Source of the DNA: Sminthopsis crassicaudata
Taxonomy: Eukaryota
NCBI RefSeq assembly: GCF_048593235.1
Contig: NC_133617.1
Span: 530,080,958-530,144,957 of the forward strand
Reading direction: 5' to 3'
DNA: 64,000 nt
Under the pieces are notes generated by a model. It worked only from the letters and a program-made list of their open reading frames with translations, had not been told where the DNA came from and did no database searches. The translations under genes and the position numbers were made by a program. Numbering within the stretch: the stretch's first letter is position 1; each line of letters starts with the position of its first letter. Positions 50,106-63,689 of this stretch are shown piece after piece.

Positions 50106-52004
50106 TTTGTTCAGAATGAAATAAGACTTATGTAATAATAGGTTGTTAACTTAGAAATATCATGAATGAAAAGAAATAATAATACAATATCCATAAAATT
50201 ACAGCTTGTTACAAATGATAATTAGTGATGTATCACAGGATAGAGACCTGTGATTTCATAAATACAATGGAGGTCTCTACGCCACCCCCCCCATGTCATC
50301 AATTGATATTTGTAATGAGTAACAAGTGACATTTGATTCTAAAACATTTTCCATCCACACGGATCATTAATTTAGCAGCTATCTATAATACAGTCTTAAA
50401 TGTTTGTCTGGGAAACTGAGAGGTTAACTTGCATATAGTTATATAGTCAAGAAGTTCTAGAACCCAGCTCTCCTTGACTTAGGTAAGTCATGGGTGACTT
50501 ATCCCCAGCACTGTGCTCTCCTTCTCTATGCAAAGACTAGCTAATAATATATTATGTTCCAGAGAACAAAAAACAAACAGTAATGACTGGAAAGGACTCA
50601 GGAATATGTATGTACCAATTTCTTACTATGGATAACAAATGAATGAATTAAAAATTATTAAGTGATGGGGACACTGATATAAGTAATAGTCCCTGCACTT
50701 AAGAAGTTTAGAATCCAATGAGAGAGGTAGAGAGCTAGAAAGCTGACGAGAGATGAATCTGCATGTAACACCATTGTTTGGAAACAATCAGGAGAGGATA
50801 GATAGGTTCTTGGGCAAAAGAAGTTTGCCCTGGAGTCCTGGGTCAGAATTCAGGATCTGGTAGGAAGAGAACCATACTATGAGACGTGATTTGGAAATGG
50901 TCAAAAAATCTAATATAAAAAAAAATTGTAATTGTAATAACTGTTTCACTAAGCTTTTTCACAGAGATGATCATCTCAGTGAAATCTATATCTATTATTA
51001 TATATCTATAATAATATTTATTATTACTATATCTTTAAGAACTATGGAATGTTTTCAGGGGGGAGGGGAGCAGGTTGGAATATAATTTGGAGTAACAATT
51101 GTAAATACCTTGCTAGGAGATGCCTCTACAGTTTGAGGGAGAGAAAGAAAGAGAGAGACTGAGTGTGTGTGAATGTGTTAACTCTGATCTATGAGCAATC
51201 TCTGGAAAAGACAAAAAAGGTGCAAGAAACTTTCTTGTTAGAACTGTCAGCTGTTATTTTGTGAAGAAACATTACAAAGAGAATTCTATAAAGTCTATGA
51301 GGAACTGTCAGCCCACAATGCAATTCTGAAGAGATTGTCATACACGATGGCTAAAGAGAAGAAAAAAAAAAAGATTAAAATAATTTATTTCCTGCTGGAC
51401 TGAATTTAACTCTAATATTGGGAGAAAAATATTAAATCTTTTCTTGAGAAACTAATCAATACCTTGAGTGAAATGAATGGTAAAAATTTTATTTACATAA
51501 CTGAAGGTTTTCTTCACAACCAAAATATCTATCTATGCCTGTTTTACTAGTGACTTCCCTTAATAGTATATTCAGTAATTTTAATAATTGCTTAATAAGA
51601 AGAAATCTAGAAGTGAGTAACTACTATTAGAAAAGAAGGTTTTCCCAGTTTAAATCTTTAACACAACACATTAATTAATGAGGAGGCTGCACTTTTATTC
51701 ATTATTAAGAAAATATCCAAACCTATCCCTGGATTTCTTTAGAACTCAAACAATTAAACTAAGATAAAATAAGGAGGAGTCAAGTGGCAGGCTAGTGAGT
51801 GACCTACAAATGAATGCATTAGATCCAGTAAGGTTTGCTACTTAAAAACAATAATATAATTTAATTCTAAATAAACTACTCCCACACAAATGATCCTTGT
51901 GGGGCTATCACAAAAAGCCTGGAGAGTCATACTGCCTCCGGTATGTGATGCTTAATTACATCATCCACCCCACACTTACTGTCTTAGCAGTCTTTATACT
52001 AGAG

Positions 52005-52400
52005 ACAATTAGATGGCATAAGGGATAGAGCACTGAGCCTGGAGTCAGAAAGACCTGAATTCATTTGGGATTTCAAGTAATTATGGGCTGTACAAGCGGC
52101 TAGGTGGTGCCATAGTGCACACAGAGTGCCAGGTCTGGAGTCAGAAATAGGAGTCTCATATTTCTGAGTTCAAATCTGGTGTCTGACACTTAGTAGCTGT
52201 GGAAAAGTGGACAAGTCAGTCTTCTCATCTGTAAAATAAGGTGGAAGGCAAAGAATGGTTTGCCAGGAAAACTCGAAATGGGGTCATGAAGAGTCAGACA
52301 GGATGGAAATGACTGAACAACATAATTACTAGTCATATAACCTGAACATGTCACTTAACCTGCGTCTGGTCCCAGTTTCCTAACTGTAAAATGGAAACCA
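52005..52400 (+). mobile_element. nested SINEs: Mar1 (~52093-52323) inside an older CORE-SINE
   Basis: Two tRNA-like heads in series. After the Mar1 tail (gactgaacaac) the CORE of the first element resumes (catgtcacttaacc...cccagtttcctaactgtaaaatgg). Confidence 0.65.
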
Positions 52401-52569
52401 TTTTACAGGTCATTGATCAAATCACTGGAACACCAATAGATCCTAGGTGAGAAAATCTATAAAGCACTTAGTACTAAATAGATGGTTGTTGCCATCCCTT
52501 CAACATTTCTCTCCTTTTCCATGAAAGTTATAACTTGCATGTCTCATTGTCCTATCTGCTCTTATAAGA

Positions 52570-53420
52570 CTTGCAGCATTATCTCTATTATTCTTTCACA
52601 AGAATACATCATGAAGCTATGTTCTTTTTTTAAAAATTTAATATTTCTTTTTAGTATTTGCTTTATAGACATTTTGAGTTTCTCTTCTCCTTTCTCATCT
52701 CTTCCCCACCCATTGGGAAGGCAAGAACCATGATGTCAATTATACACGTGAAATCATACAAATTTCCTTTAGTAATTTTACTAAAAAAAAAAAAAAAAAA
52801 AAGGCAAAAAGTGGGAAAAATCATGCTTCAATCTTCAATCAAGCTCTATCAGTTCTCTATCTAGAGATGAACAATATTTTTTATCATAAATTCTTAACAA
52901 TGAAGCAGCTAGATAGTACAGTGGATAGAGCACCTGCCCTGATATGAGGAAGATCTGAGTTCAAATCCGACCTAAGAGACTTAATTCTTCCTAGCTATGT
53001 GACAAATCACTTAACCAATTGCCTCAGTAAAAAATAAGCAAATTTTTATTTTGTCTTATTGTACTGGTCGGAAAAACTAAGTCACTCACAGGTGATCAGC
53101 ATACAATATTGTTGTATATTATTCTCCTGATTCTGCTCATTTCACTTTTTACCAGTTCATATCCCAAGTTTTTCTGACAGCATCCTAATCATCACTTCTT
53201 TTAGCACAATCACATATTACAACTTGTTCAGCCAGCTGACAAGTATCCCTTCAACTTCTCATTCTTTGCTACCACAAAAATAGTTGCTATAAATATTTTG
53301 TATAGATTGGTCTTTTTAATTTTCCTTTAATCTCTTTGGGATAGAAATCTAGTCAAAGAACACGCATAATTTTATAGATCTTTGGACATAGTTCCAAATT
53401 GCTCTCCAGAATGGAGAGTA
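52570..53420 (-). mobile_element. L1 3' fragment interrupted by a WSINE1
   Basis: Reverse L1 3'UTR/ORF2 motifs (ggacatagttccaaattgctctccagaatgg; ctctttgggatagaaatctagt). Confidence 0.75.
52900..53035 (+). mobile_element. WSINE1-type SINE
   Basis: gcagctagatagtacagtggatagagcacc...gagttcaaatcc...ttcctagctatgtgac...ttgcctcag. Confidence 0.8.
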
Positions 53421-53981
53421 CAATTTTACCAATATTTCTTGCCTTTTTCAATGGGTGGGAGGAAAGGGAAGAATTCGAAACTTAAAAAATTTAAGTGAAT
53501 GCTAAAAATAAATGAACGATAATTTCACATGTGACATATTCTTATGGAGGATATTGCTAATATTGCTAATGTCTCTACAAAATACCATCTACTTTTTGCA
53601 TTAAGGAGAAACCTACTACTTCCCAAGACATGCCATTTTACTTTTGAATGGCTCTAATTGCTACTATGGTATCACCTCTGTGATGTCGTGATTCTTGAGA
53701 AAGAAGAACAAACAAAAACAATTTCAAGCTTAAATCTGCATGTTTACAATTTCTTTGAACTAAATTCTGTTTTCTGGAGCCATGCTGACCGAGTCACGTA
53801 AGGACCTCAGTGGCCATCCAATATACCCTGCAAAAGAATTTTCTCAAATTTAATCCCTTATCTATGTAAAAATCTTGCTCAAGACCACTATTATGTCTTC
53901 CCTTGCTGTCCTCCAGTAGAGAGGGGGAATCCTACAGAAGTTTATGTGTATAAAATCTAGGTAAACTCTCAGTTTCAGATT

Positions 53982-54330
53982 TGTAATGACTCCTGCTTAA
54001 AATCTTCTTTATTTGATCTTATGTGCTATGTAATATGCAAGTGGCAAATACCACATGATGCCTACTATACAAGAACCAATTGCTCAGCTGGTTCCTAAAG
54101 TACTCAATTTCTTACAAAAAGCACTACTCTCATGTGGTGAGGCTTCCTCCTAGATCAAACTCATGATGCTGGAAGCCAGCCAGCTCCACAGGGATTTAAT
54201 CAGGACATCCTCCTGCTGTTAGAAGCATAAGCTCTCCCACTTACCTTTTTCTATCACTTTAATAAAGTTCTTTTTGCTACTAGGTTGTTGGTTCTTGTTG
54301 CCTTGGTGTCCCTATAATCCCTGAACTTGG
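53982..54330 (+). mobile_element. LTR-like segment within CR1/L3 remnants
   Basis: TGTAAT start, AATAAA at 54261 followed by a T-rich U5-like stretch; L3-like sequence on both sides; 3' end and TSD not resolved. Confidence 0.4.
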
Positions 54331-54719
54331 ACTCTCCAGGGCCAAGACTGCCCAAGGCTCTTCTCTCCAGGCTAAACATTCCTTGTTCTTTCAACTAATC
54401 CTTTTATGGTGTGACCTAGATAGCCCTTCACTGTCCCGGCTGCCCTGCTCTGGACATTCTCCAACTTGTCAATGTACTTCCAAAAAATGAGATAATTAGG
54501 TAGAGTACCTTACATATCTTAAAGTAGTATACATATGTTGGCTATTATCACCACTTACATGGATTATTGCCATTATTTCCCAACAAGTCTTTCCTGCTTC
54601 CATAGACTCTTATTCTAATTAGCACTCAGATCCACTATGCTTTATGCTGATGTCTAATTTTCATTTTTGCATTGGTTTTGTCACCCCTTTGCTCAAAACT
54701 CTTCAAGGACTCCCTACTA

Positions 54720-55190
54720 CTACCCGAGTAAAGCTCAAATTTTATTAACTTGACATTCATAGTTCTCCATAATCTGTCATCCTACCTTTATAGTCTTATA
54801 CACTTTATTATAATCAAATGGACTTATCTGACAAGCTACAAGCTCTTCAGGTCTTGTTGCTTCTTCTCATTCTATCTTATGCCTGAAACATCATGTGTCT
54901 CACTCTCTTTTCCTAATGAATTCTTCCCCATCATTTTAAGTCCAAATTAAAAGCCCTCTCCTCCACAAATCCTTCTCTGATTCTTCTAGTCACAATTAAT
55001 AACTTTCCCCATGTAATTTTCTAAAAGATGTAATATATAATGTTACATATTATATCCATAGGTGTTTATGTCAATATCCTATCCTCCATGAGAACAAGCA
55101 TCCTGCCTTTATCTTACAACCTTCCTCCACCTTTGCACCTAATACAGTATACTGAAACATGACAAATTTTGCTGAAGGATGAATGAAAAA
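54720..55190 (+). mobile_element. L2 3' fragment
   Basis: ctcaaaactcttcaaggactccc...gacattcatagttctccataatctg...aaagccctctcctccacaaatccttc, ending in a (TGAA) tail. Confidence 0.7.
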
Positions 55191-55410
55191 ATGAATGCCA
55201 ACCTTGAGTTTAAAGTGCATGATAATAAGGTGGAAATAATTAAATGTGAATGGAAAGGTTTGACTATGCCATTTTATTGCTTTAAGAAAAAAGTTTTAGT
55301 GGTTCCCTGTTGCTATATCAGATAATTGTGCTAGTAATTATTCAATTAAAATAATTGTTGCAGCTAGCCAAGCAAATGAATTTTTTTTTTTTTTAATTAA
55401 AAAATACAGT

Positions 55411-55550
55411 GAGGCAGCAAAATGATGCAGTGGATAGACCATCAGCCCTGAAGTCAGGAGGATCAGAGTTTATATTTGACCTTCAGACACTTAACACTTC
55501 CTAGCTGTGTGACCCTGGGCAAATCACTTAACCCCAATTGCCTCAGGGGG
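55411..55550 (+). mobile_element. WSINE1
   Basis: Head, cacttcctagctgtgtgaccctgggcaaatcacttaaccccaattgcctcagggg; flanked by aaaaaataca on both sides. Confidence 0.85.
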
Positions 55551-56820
55551 AAAAATGGAACTAAAAAAAAATACATAATACAACAATCAAAAAAGAGGTC
55601 ATAAAAGTCAGTGAAAGTCACTTTTAAATAAGATACATGTATCTATGCATATTTACTAGACATAAACTAAAGTGAATTTTCTCTAATTTCAACTCAGCAA
55701 TTTTCCATGTAAGTCTATTTTTCTTTCCTTAATGGCTATTATCGTACCTTATTTTCCAATTTCCTTTTAGGTATTTTATTTATTTATTTTTAAATGTTTA
55801 ATGTAAAATGAAGGCATTTGTATTTGATTCCCAGAAGTAACAAGGAACTACTCTACAATAGAGTGATGGACCTGGAGTTTAATATTTATTATACTATCAG
55901 TTTCTTCATCTGTAGGAAGTTCTTAATAAAAATAGGAAAGTTCAGAAGGGAAAGAGGTTTTAGGGGGAAAGTGTTTCTGTAATGAAAATCACAACCCATT
56001 TGTGCCTATTCATTCTAAACAATTCACTCTGTCCTGCCTTCTCCCCCAATAAAAAGGGAAAGAATAAATAGAGCTATTAAGCATACATCACTAAAAAAAA
56101 TACAGGCCCCATCCTTCTGGGCAGCTGTTTCAGTCACAAGTCATGGGGTAAATATACTAGATAAGAATCTTTCTGGCTGTATCTCTAGCTATCAGGGTTG
56201 TTAAAATTACCTTTAGGGACTGACTCTAGGCACAAAAGACAGAAAATTGGGAGTCTGAATAATGTAGAGAGATAATGGAATTAAGGAGTCTTGGGATGCA
56301 TTAGGAAAAGGATAGGTATATAATCATATCCCACATCTTGGTTGATTCCACATCCCTAAAGGGTCAACTCCATTGGGATAAAACACCAACCCCTTAAACT
56401 GACATTTAAAGACTTCCACAAACGGGTTCAAATTTAACTTTATTACATCCAACATCCCTTATACATTTTAGAGTCTGGTAAAATTAGATATTTACTTATT
56501 CCTGAACTCTTCTATCTCTGTGCATTTAAACTTCCTTCTCCAATGCCTAAAATGCCTTTATTTCTTATCTGTCTTTTGAATTCTTTTTTATTACATATTT
56601 TAGATCCTATCTCTTCCAAGAAGCCTATCTAAATCCAGCTGAAAATGTTCTCTTTCTCCTTAAAATTTCCTACGGCATACAGTAGTGATTTTTCCTTTGA
56701 CCCCCTCACCTTCTATATATGGTATCCTATTTACATGTATATTTGTATATATAAAATTCTACTAAGTTGCAGTCTCCTTGAGAGCAAGGATTACATAGAT
56801 TTTTCATGTTGTCCCTAGAA

Positions 56821-57037
56821 CAAGAGTTCTTAATCTTTTCTGTTCAAGGACTCCCTTTTTCAGACTAGTCAAGTTTGTGGGCACCTTCCTGGGATAATGT
56901 TTTTCAACACATAAAATGAAATAGAGGGTTACAAAGAAAATCAATTATATAGAAATAATGAAGTAACTTTTTTCCTTATCCAGATTCATGGACATCCTAA
57001 AGTCTACCCATGGACTGTGAATGTCAGAACTCTGTCT
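56821..57037 (+). mobile_element. internally deleted hAT-Charlie-type element
   Basis: caagagttcttaatctttt...ataatgtttttcaacacataaaatgaaata...ttacaaagaaaatcaattatat...agaactctg. Confidence 0.6.
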
Positions 57038-58334
57038 CTAAAAAGTACTTTGTACTTAGCTTTTTAAATAAATGTTTGTTGAACTGAATGCAAAAGTATT
57101 CGTTTTGAAAAAGTACTATCAAAGAAAAATTAAGGACAAAGGTCAGGTCTAATTTAGTGTTTTTGTAATAGGCAAGGTGACATCTAGATCCAGAGTATCA
57201 GGATTGCATTACCTCCCTTTCTCTTTTCCTAGCCCCTCATATTTCTTCCCCATAAATTGTAGCAAAGGAGGCAGAGAGAGTTGTACTTGTGTCCTTCCAG
57301 AGATTAAATGAGAAGAGTAGTTAGCAAGTAGTTAGTAGCACCAAGGATGGGAGCTGGGAAATGAGGAAACCTTGAGGTATGGATACAAATTTCAGCCACA
57401 TATGTATGTTGTGGCAAACCTTCTAAAAACCATGAGACTAGTTCTATTTCCTCCAGCTCATTATGTGCCCCAGTTTTCTCCTCTTACATAAAATGAGAAC
57501 ACTAAGTCTCTGGTTTTACAAAGTATCTTGAGGTCCTTGAAAGTAGTTAACAAGTCCATTTTAAACATTTAGAAAGTATTAGTAACCCACCAGGAACAAG
57601 GTAAACTTAATTAGCAATAAATGGAAAACAGTACATTTACCATCAACTTTGGAGAAATTCCCTTAAACTGTTTTCATTACTTTTAAAAAATTATATCTTA
57701 ATTTCCATATGTAAGAGCAAAGACTTTTGTATATTTCAAACTCAAATGAAAACAGATTTAATATATATGTTTTACACACATATGTTTCTGGATAAAAATA
57801 TCAAAACTGTTAACTTTTTCATTGTTTCTTATTTTTACACAAGTAGTTTTGAGATTCTTTCTTAAGATATTATTCTGTACATGTGCTATGCACATTACAG
57901 TATTTGTGTATTTATTACCATCTAAATAATAGCTTAAGTTCATGCCTGAAGGAAAAAAAACCTCAATGTTCTAAAAATGTATAAAGCCTTGTCAGTCAAA
58001 TTTTATCCTCTCCTAGTATACTAAACACAATATCCATTTTTAATCTCTTATAAAGGAGGATAGTTCTCTGAGCAAATAAAGTTAACAAAACTGCTAGGAT
58101 GAAACTTACAAAAGTTAACAAAACTGTTAAGATGAATGGATGACAAAAGAGAAAGGATGCAAGAACATAGAGAGGATATTTGACTATCCAACATTACAAA
58201 CTAGCTTCTGACAAGCAATTTATGTTTCTCTCTTTTTGCTCTAATCCACAATCTACTCTGAAATATGCAACCAGGAGCTTAAATCATCTTCATTTCAATA
58301 TTCCATTTATATAGACCTTAATTTATCATTCCTA

Positions 58335-59045
58335 CCTTTTGATCAGCAGTGTCTCCACTGGCTCTATATATCCTAAAGAGATCATAAAAAAGGGAAAAGA
58401 ACTCACATGTGCAAAAATGTTTATGGCAGCCCTTTTTGTAGTGATAAGAAACTGGAAACTGAGTGGATATCCATCAGTTGGGGAATGGACGAATACATTA
58501 TTATATATTAATGTAATAGAATATTATTGTTTTATAAGAAAATGATCAGCAGGATGATTTCAGAGAGATCTGGAGAAACTTGCATGAATTAATGCTAAGT
58601 GAAGTGAGTAGAACCAAGAGAACATTGTACACAGTAACAAAATTGTATGATGATCAATTCTGATGGACTTGGCTCTTGTCAACAATGATGTGATTCAGGC
58701 CAATTCCATTATTTGTGATGGAGAGAGTCATACACTACCAGAAAGTGGTTCCTATGGGGTCTGAATGTGGATCCTAACATATAAAAACTTTGTTGTTTGT
58801 TTGTTTGTTTTTTTTTTCCTTTCTCATTTTTTCCCCCTCTTCATTTGATTTTTCTTGTAAAGCATGACAAATGTGGAAATATGTTTAGAAGAATTACACA
58901 TGTTTAACCTATACTGGATTACTTGAAATCTAGGAGAGGAGGAAGAAAGGGAGGGAAGGAGAAACATTTATAACCCAAGTTTTGCAAGGGTGGATGCTGA
59001 AAACTGTCTTTGCATATATTTTGAAAAATAAAAAGCTATTTTTAT
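58335..59045 (+). mobile_element. L1 ORF2 C-terminus + 3'UTR
   Basis: ORF remnant GSIYPKEIIKKGKELTCAKMFMAALFVVIRNWKLSGYPSVGEW; AATAAA at the end. Confidence 0.88.
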
Positions 59046-59374
59046 TTTTAAGTTTTACACTCCATTTTGACCCTCATTTTAATCCAGTGAGGTAAGCAAT
59101 ACAATTATTATTTTATTACAGGTGAAGAAGCCAAAGTTCAATTAAGTGACATCAGTAGGTCAACTTCCCAATATGTTGTCTCTGTTGGACTTTTCTGGGA
59201 CTTGCCCTCTAAATCTGACCCCACAGTCATCCCTTATCTCACCCTGTTCTTGTCCTCATCTCCAGACCTGAAGTAGCATAGTTTATCTCTGGGGGATTTG
59301 GGGCTGTTGGTTCAAGCCCAATAGCAGGAGGAAGGGAGAAAAGGTCAAAGTAAGTGACAAAAAGAAAGTGACTT

Positions 59375-60000
59375 GCCTCATTCCCCAATTGGTCAAAGGA
59401 TATGAATAGACAATTTTCAGAAGACAAAATTAAAGCCATATATAGTTATATGGAAAAATGTTCTAAATCACCAATAACTAGAAAAATGCAAATTAATATA
59501 AATCCTACACCTCTCAGATTGGCTAAAATGACAGGAAAAAATAATGACAAATGTCAGAGAGAATGTGGGAAACCTGGGACACTAATGCATTGTCGGTGGA
59601 ATTGTGAAATGACCCAATCATTCTGGAGAGCAATTTGGAACTATGCCCACAGGGATATAAAACTGTGATCCAGCAGTGCCATTACTAGGTCTATATCCCA
59701 AGAAAATCATAAAGGAGGGGAAAGGACCCACATGTGCAAAAATATTTTTAACAGTTCTTTTTGTGGTAGGAAAGAATTGGAAAATGAGTAGGTGCCCATA
59801 AGTTGGGGAATGGCTGAACAAGCTGTGGTATATAAAGGTAATGTAATATTATTGCTCTATAAAAATGAAGAACAAGCTGATTTTAGGAAGGCCTAGAAAG
59901 ATTAACATAAACTGATGCTAATCGAAATAAGCAGAACCAGGAATACATTATACATAGTAACAGCAAGAATGTGTGAGGTTCAACTTGGTTCTTCTCAGTG
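59375..60000 (+). mobile_element. L1 ORF2 fragment (C-terminal Cys-rich region)
   Basis: ORF remnant MNRQFSEDKIKAIYSYMEKCSKS...TPLRLAKM...CQRECGKPGTLMHCRWNCEMTQSFW. Confidence 0.9.
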
Positions 60001-61149
60001 GTTCTGTGATTCAAAGCAATCCCCACTAAATTTTAGATAGAAAACCAAGAATGTATGAAAAGCTGTCATTGGTTAGTTGAAAACAAGATTTCCTTATTTG
60101 ATGTTAATACACTTTGAGGATCCTTGTGTACACATAGGCATATGTATGAATATATGTATGCATACATATTTGTAAGAGTATACATGCTGTCCACAGAGGC
60201 TAATACAGTGATATAGTATCCTTCCTTTTCTCCATCCCACAACTGAACTTCAGAAGTTTTTTTGCCAGAAAATTATACCACAAACCCTCACCTCTATTCT
60301 TATCCCGCACTTCCTGGAAGCATGAGATTCTAGAAATATATCTACCCCCACCACATACACATACCTACATCCCTAGAAATCCTGCCACAGGATGATGCCT
60401 AAGAATACTGCAGGAATTTGAGTACAGATGAGGAGAGACTCAGATGGTCCTCTTCCCACATGAATTAATCTAAACTCTGCTAAAGCTTTGGACCTTGACC
60501 AACCTATCAGGAACTTCTGGCTTTTAAGTCACACAATCTCTTAGCAGAGCTGCTCCCCATCCCATTAGCTAATGACTAAACCCCAAGATAGTTCAGGGGG
60601 CCCAGACAGCTCCATAAGAAGCCCCAATTCCAGCTACATGCACCAATGAGAATACACAGATTTTTTTTTAATCTGAACATCTCTCCCAAGGAAAATGATT
60701 TGCCCATTTCTGTTTCTCCAAAAAGAGAGGTGGGAGAGGGGGAAGTGTGCAGAATGACAACTCATCCTGCTTCATTTAAAGAAAATTCTACATCAGGCTT
60801 GGTTAATGTCTATAAAAAAATGAAAGTTACAGAGGTGTTCCACTAGTCTTGTTCCAACTTGCCTTCACTTCTTCCTATAGTAGAAGGGGAAGTACAATTA
60901 TAACCAACTCACCCATTTAGTCTTGGTTCCTTCTCTCTTAGACCAAAGGTAGAAAAGAGAATCCTGATTAAATGTAGACTACAATGGAATGTGGGTAGAA
61001 AGAATTAAGAGAAAAATTAGAGGTTTAAAGAGAAAGATCGTTTCATGTATAACTCCTTCAAATCACCATGACAAGAAGCATCCTTTTTTTTTTTTTTTTT
61101 TTAATCTTTATCTTCAAAAGCCTTTAATTATTCTCTAATCGCTGCTCAA

Positions 61150-61700
61150 TCTTTTGGGTGACTAGAAAAATGGTAGTACCCTAGACAAAAATAGGGAAAT
61201 TCAGAAGAAAGAGGTTGGAATATGTTGAATTGAAGATGTCAATTATATTTGGTTTGAAATGTCAATTTAAAATTTTCTATATAGGAAGCTGGTAATAAAA
61301 GGCTAGAGAGAAAAAAAGTCAGAGAGAGAAAGAGGCAGACAAAGACACTGATAAAGATCCAGCAAAGGAGACTTAACAGGATTGTTCAGGAAAGTAGAAG
61401 AACCAAAAGAGAGCAGCATTACTCAAAGCCAGAGAAGAGTGGATTGAGAAGGTAATCAACAATATCAAATGCCAAAGAGATCAATAAGGATAAGGACCAA
61501 GAAAAGGCCATTAGGTTTGACAATGATAGATCACTATCAACTTTATAAACTTTTCAGTTTTCATTGAGAGATGTTAGAAACCAGACTGCAGAGGGTTTAG
61601 ACCAGAAGGAACCCTCTCTCCCGATCTTCCTCCAAAAAAGCATGGAATAATAGGACAGCTTGAAGGGATGGTAGAACCAAATAATGCGTTGTTTAGGGTT
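61150..61700 (-). mobile_element. L2 fragment
   Basis: Reverse L2 RT-region motifs (aaggccattaggtttgacaatgatagatcac; gaaaccagactgcagaggg). Confidence 0.65.
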
Positions 61701-62894
61701 TTTTTGTTTGTAGACCTTAAGTCAACTAATCAACTTGAATTTTTTTTTTTTTTAATGTCAACAAGTAGTTATTAAGTTTTTATTGTGTTACGAGGTGCAG
61801 TGCTTAGAACTGATAACAAAGAAAAGTGAATAGTTCCTGTCCTCAATGAATTTACATTCTTCTAGTAAAGATAACATGAAATAACTTGATACATATAAAA
61901 TTTTTTTAGAGTAAACAGAAGACAATTTCGAAGACACAAGCAACTGACCAGAATAAGGTAGGAATTCAACTAAGTCTTAAAAGAAAATCTAGTTTTCTGC
62001 TTCAACTTTAGGGAATTTATTTGGGGGGGGGGGGAATTCAGTCACATTGTTCTAAGCTCCTAATTAAGAATGTTACTAACTTTTAGGTAGGCTTTAGACT
62101 CTCAACCTAACTTTACATTTATATCATCTATCTCTAGTTAATCCTGGACCTCTTTGTAGTAATCTGGGTAAAGAAATAGGTAATATCACAGTATCTATGA
62201 ACAGACAGCATTAAGAAGCAAAGATCTGAACACACCCAATTCTAGAACAACTGTGCTCTCTTACTTTGCCAAGGGACTTATGTCCTCATAATCATCTGTA
62301 CTATACTTCAATTATAATATTATCATAGCTGAACTCTAAGAAAACTCTTTCTATTTCTTATTGAATCTTTTAAGTACCCTTAAAACAGGCACAATGTGGA
62401 AAATCATATAGTTTTCAAATGTAAGACTGCACATATGTAACTGCCTATAAAACCTGATTCTGGTCCTAAAAAAACATGTCCCTTGATTTTATTAAGAATT
62501 ACCACCATGTGAGTAATAAAAGAATAAGAGTAAATTGTCAAAGACTGTCCAACTAAATTCTTGTCTAAAACCTTTCAAGTGTCTTAGGGATTACAGATTT
62601 GCTTCTAGATTCCATCATTTTCTTTTGTATAAGGATTCACTCTGGACCAGGGTTACCTGGTACAGAAACAAAGAGGCTTAGTCAACTTGTGTACTGCAGA
62701 GTTATAGATCCTAGAGCCATTTGTCCCAGTTGTCCCTTCTTCTCCCAACTAGCTCACCTTCTCTTGGTACAATCCCAAACTTTATTCATTTGAGATATAA
62801 TTGCATCTTCTCAAATTAGCCCACAACAGTTTGGAACATTACTGCCATTATTAGGAGAACAAGTAAAGGTAGAGTGCAACCAGTGTCTCTGATG

Positions 62895-63560
62895 GATCTG
62901 TATCTACATAAAAGGGAAAAAATTCACATGTGCAAAAATTTAACAGCCCTTTTTGTAGTGGAAATTTCCAGTGAACTGATAGGCATCCACCTATCAGCTG
63001 GGATATGGCTAAATAAATTATGATATATGAATGTAATGTAATATAAGAAATGATGAGCAGACTGATTTCAGAAAAGCCTGGAAAGACCTATATGAACAGA
63101 TGCTGAATGAAGTGAACAGAACCAAAAGAACACAGTAACCACAAGATTATGTGATGATCAACAGTGATGGACTTGGCTCTTTTTAACAATGTGGTAATTT
63201 AAGGCAATTCTAATAGGTATGGTTTGGAAAGTGCCACCCACATCCAGAGAGAGAACTAAGGAGACTGAATATGGATTAAAACATAGTATTTTCACTTTGT
63301 TGTTATCTGTTTTTCTTCTTCATAGTTTCTTCTTTCTTCATAGTTTTCTCACTTTTGGTCTGATTTTTATTGAACAAGATGACAAATATGGAAATGTTTA
63401 AAAGAATTGCACATATTTAATCTATATCAGATTACTTGTTATCTTGGGGACATAGGGTGGGGAGAGAGAAAAATTGGAACACAATGTCTTACAAAAATTA
63501 ATGTTGAAAACTATCTTCACATGTATCTGGAAAAATAAAATACTATTGAAAAAAATTTAA
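62895..63560 (+). mobile_element. L1 3' end
   Basis: aaagggaaaaaattcacatgtgcaaaa...gatttcagaaaagcctggaaagacc...ggaaaaataaaatactattgaaaaaa. Confidence 0.85.
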
Positions 63561-63689
63561 AAGACAGAGATAGATATCTACCTTAGGTAGTTGATATGAA
63601 CTGCTCCTCATCAAAAAAAATTAGTATCAGCTTTACAGTCATCACCAAACATGACGCGTATACAAAAACAGAGAAAGAATTTCCTATTA

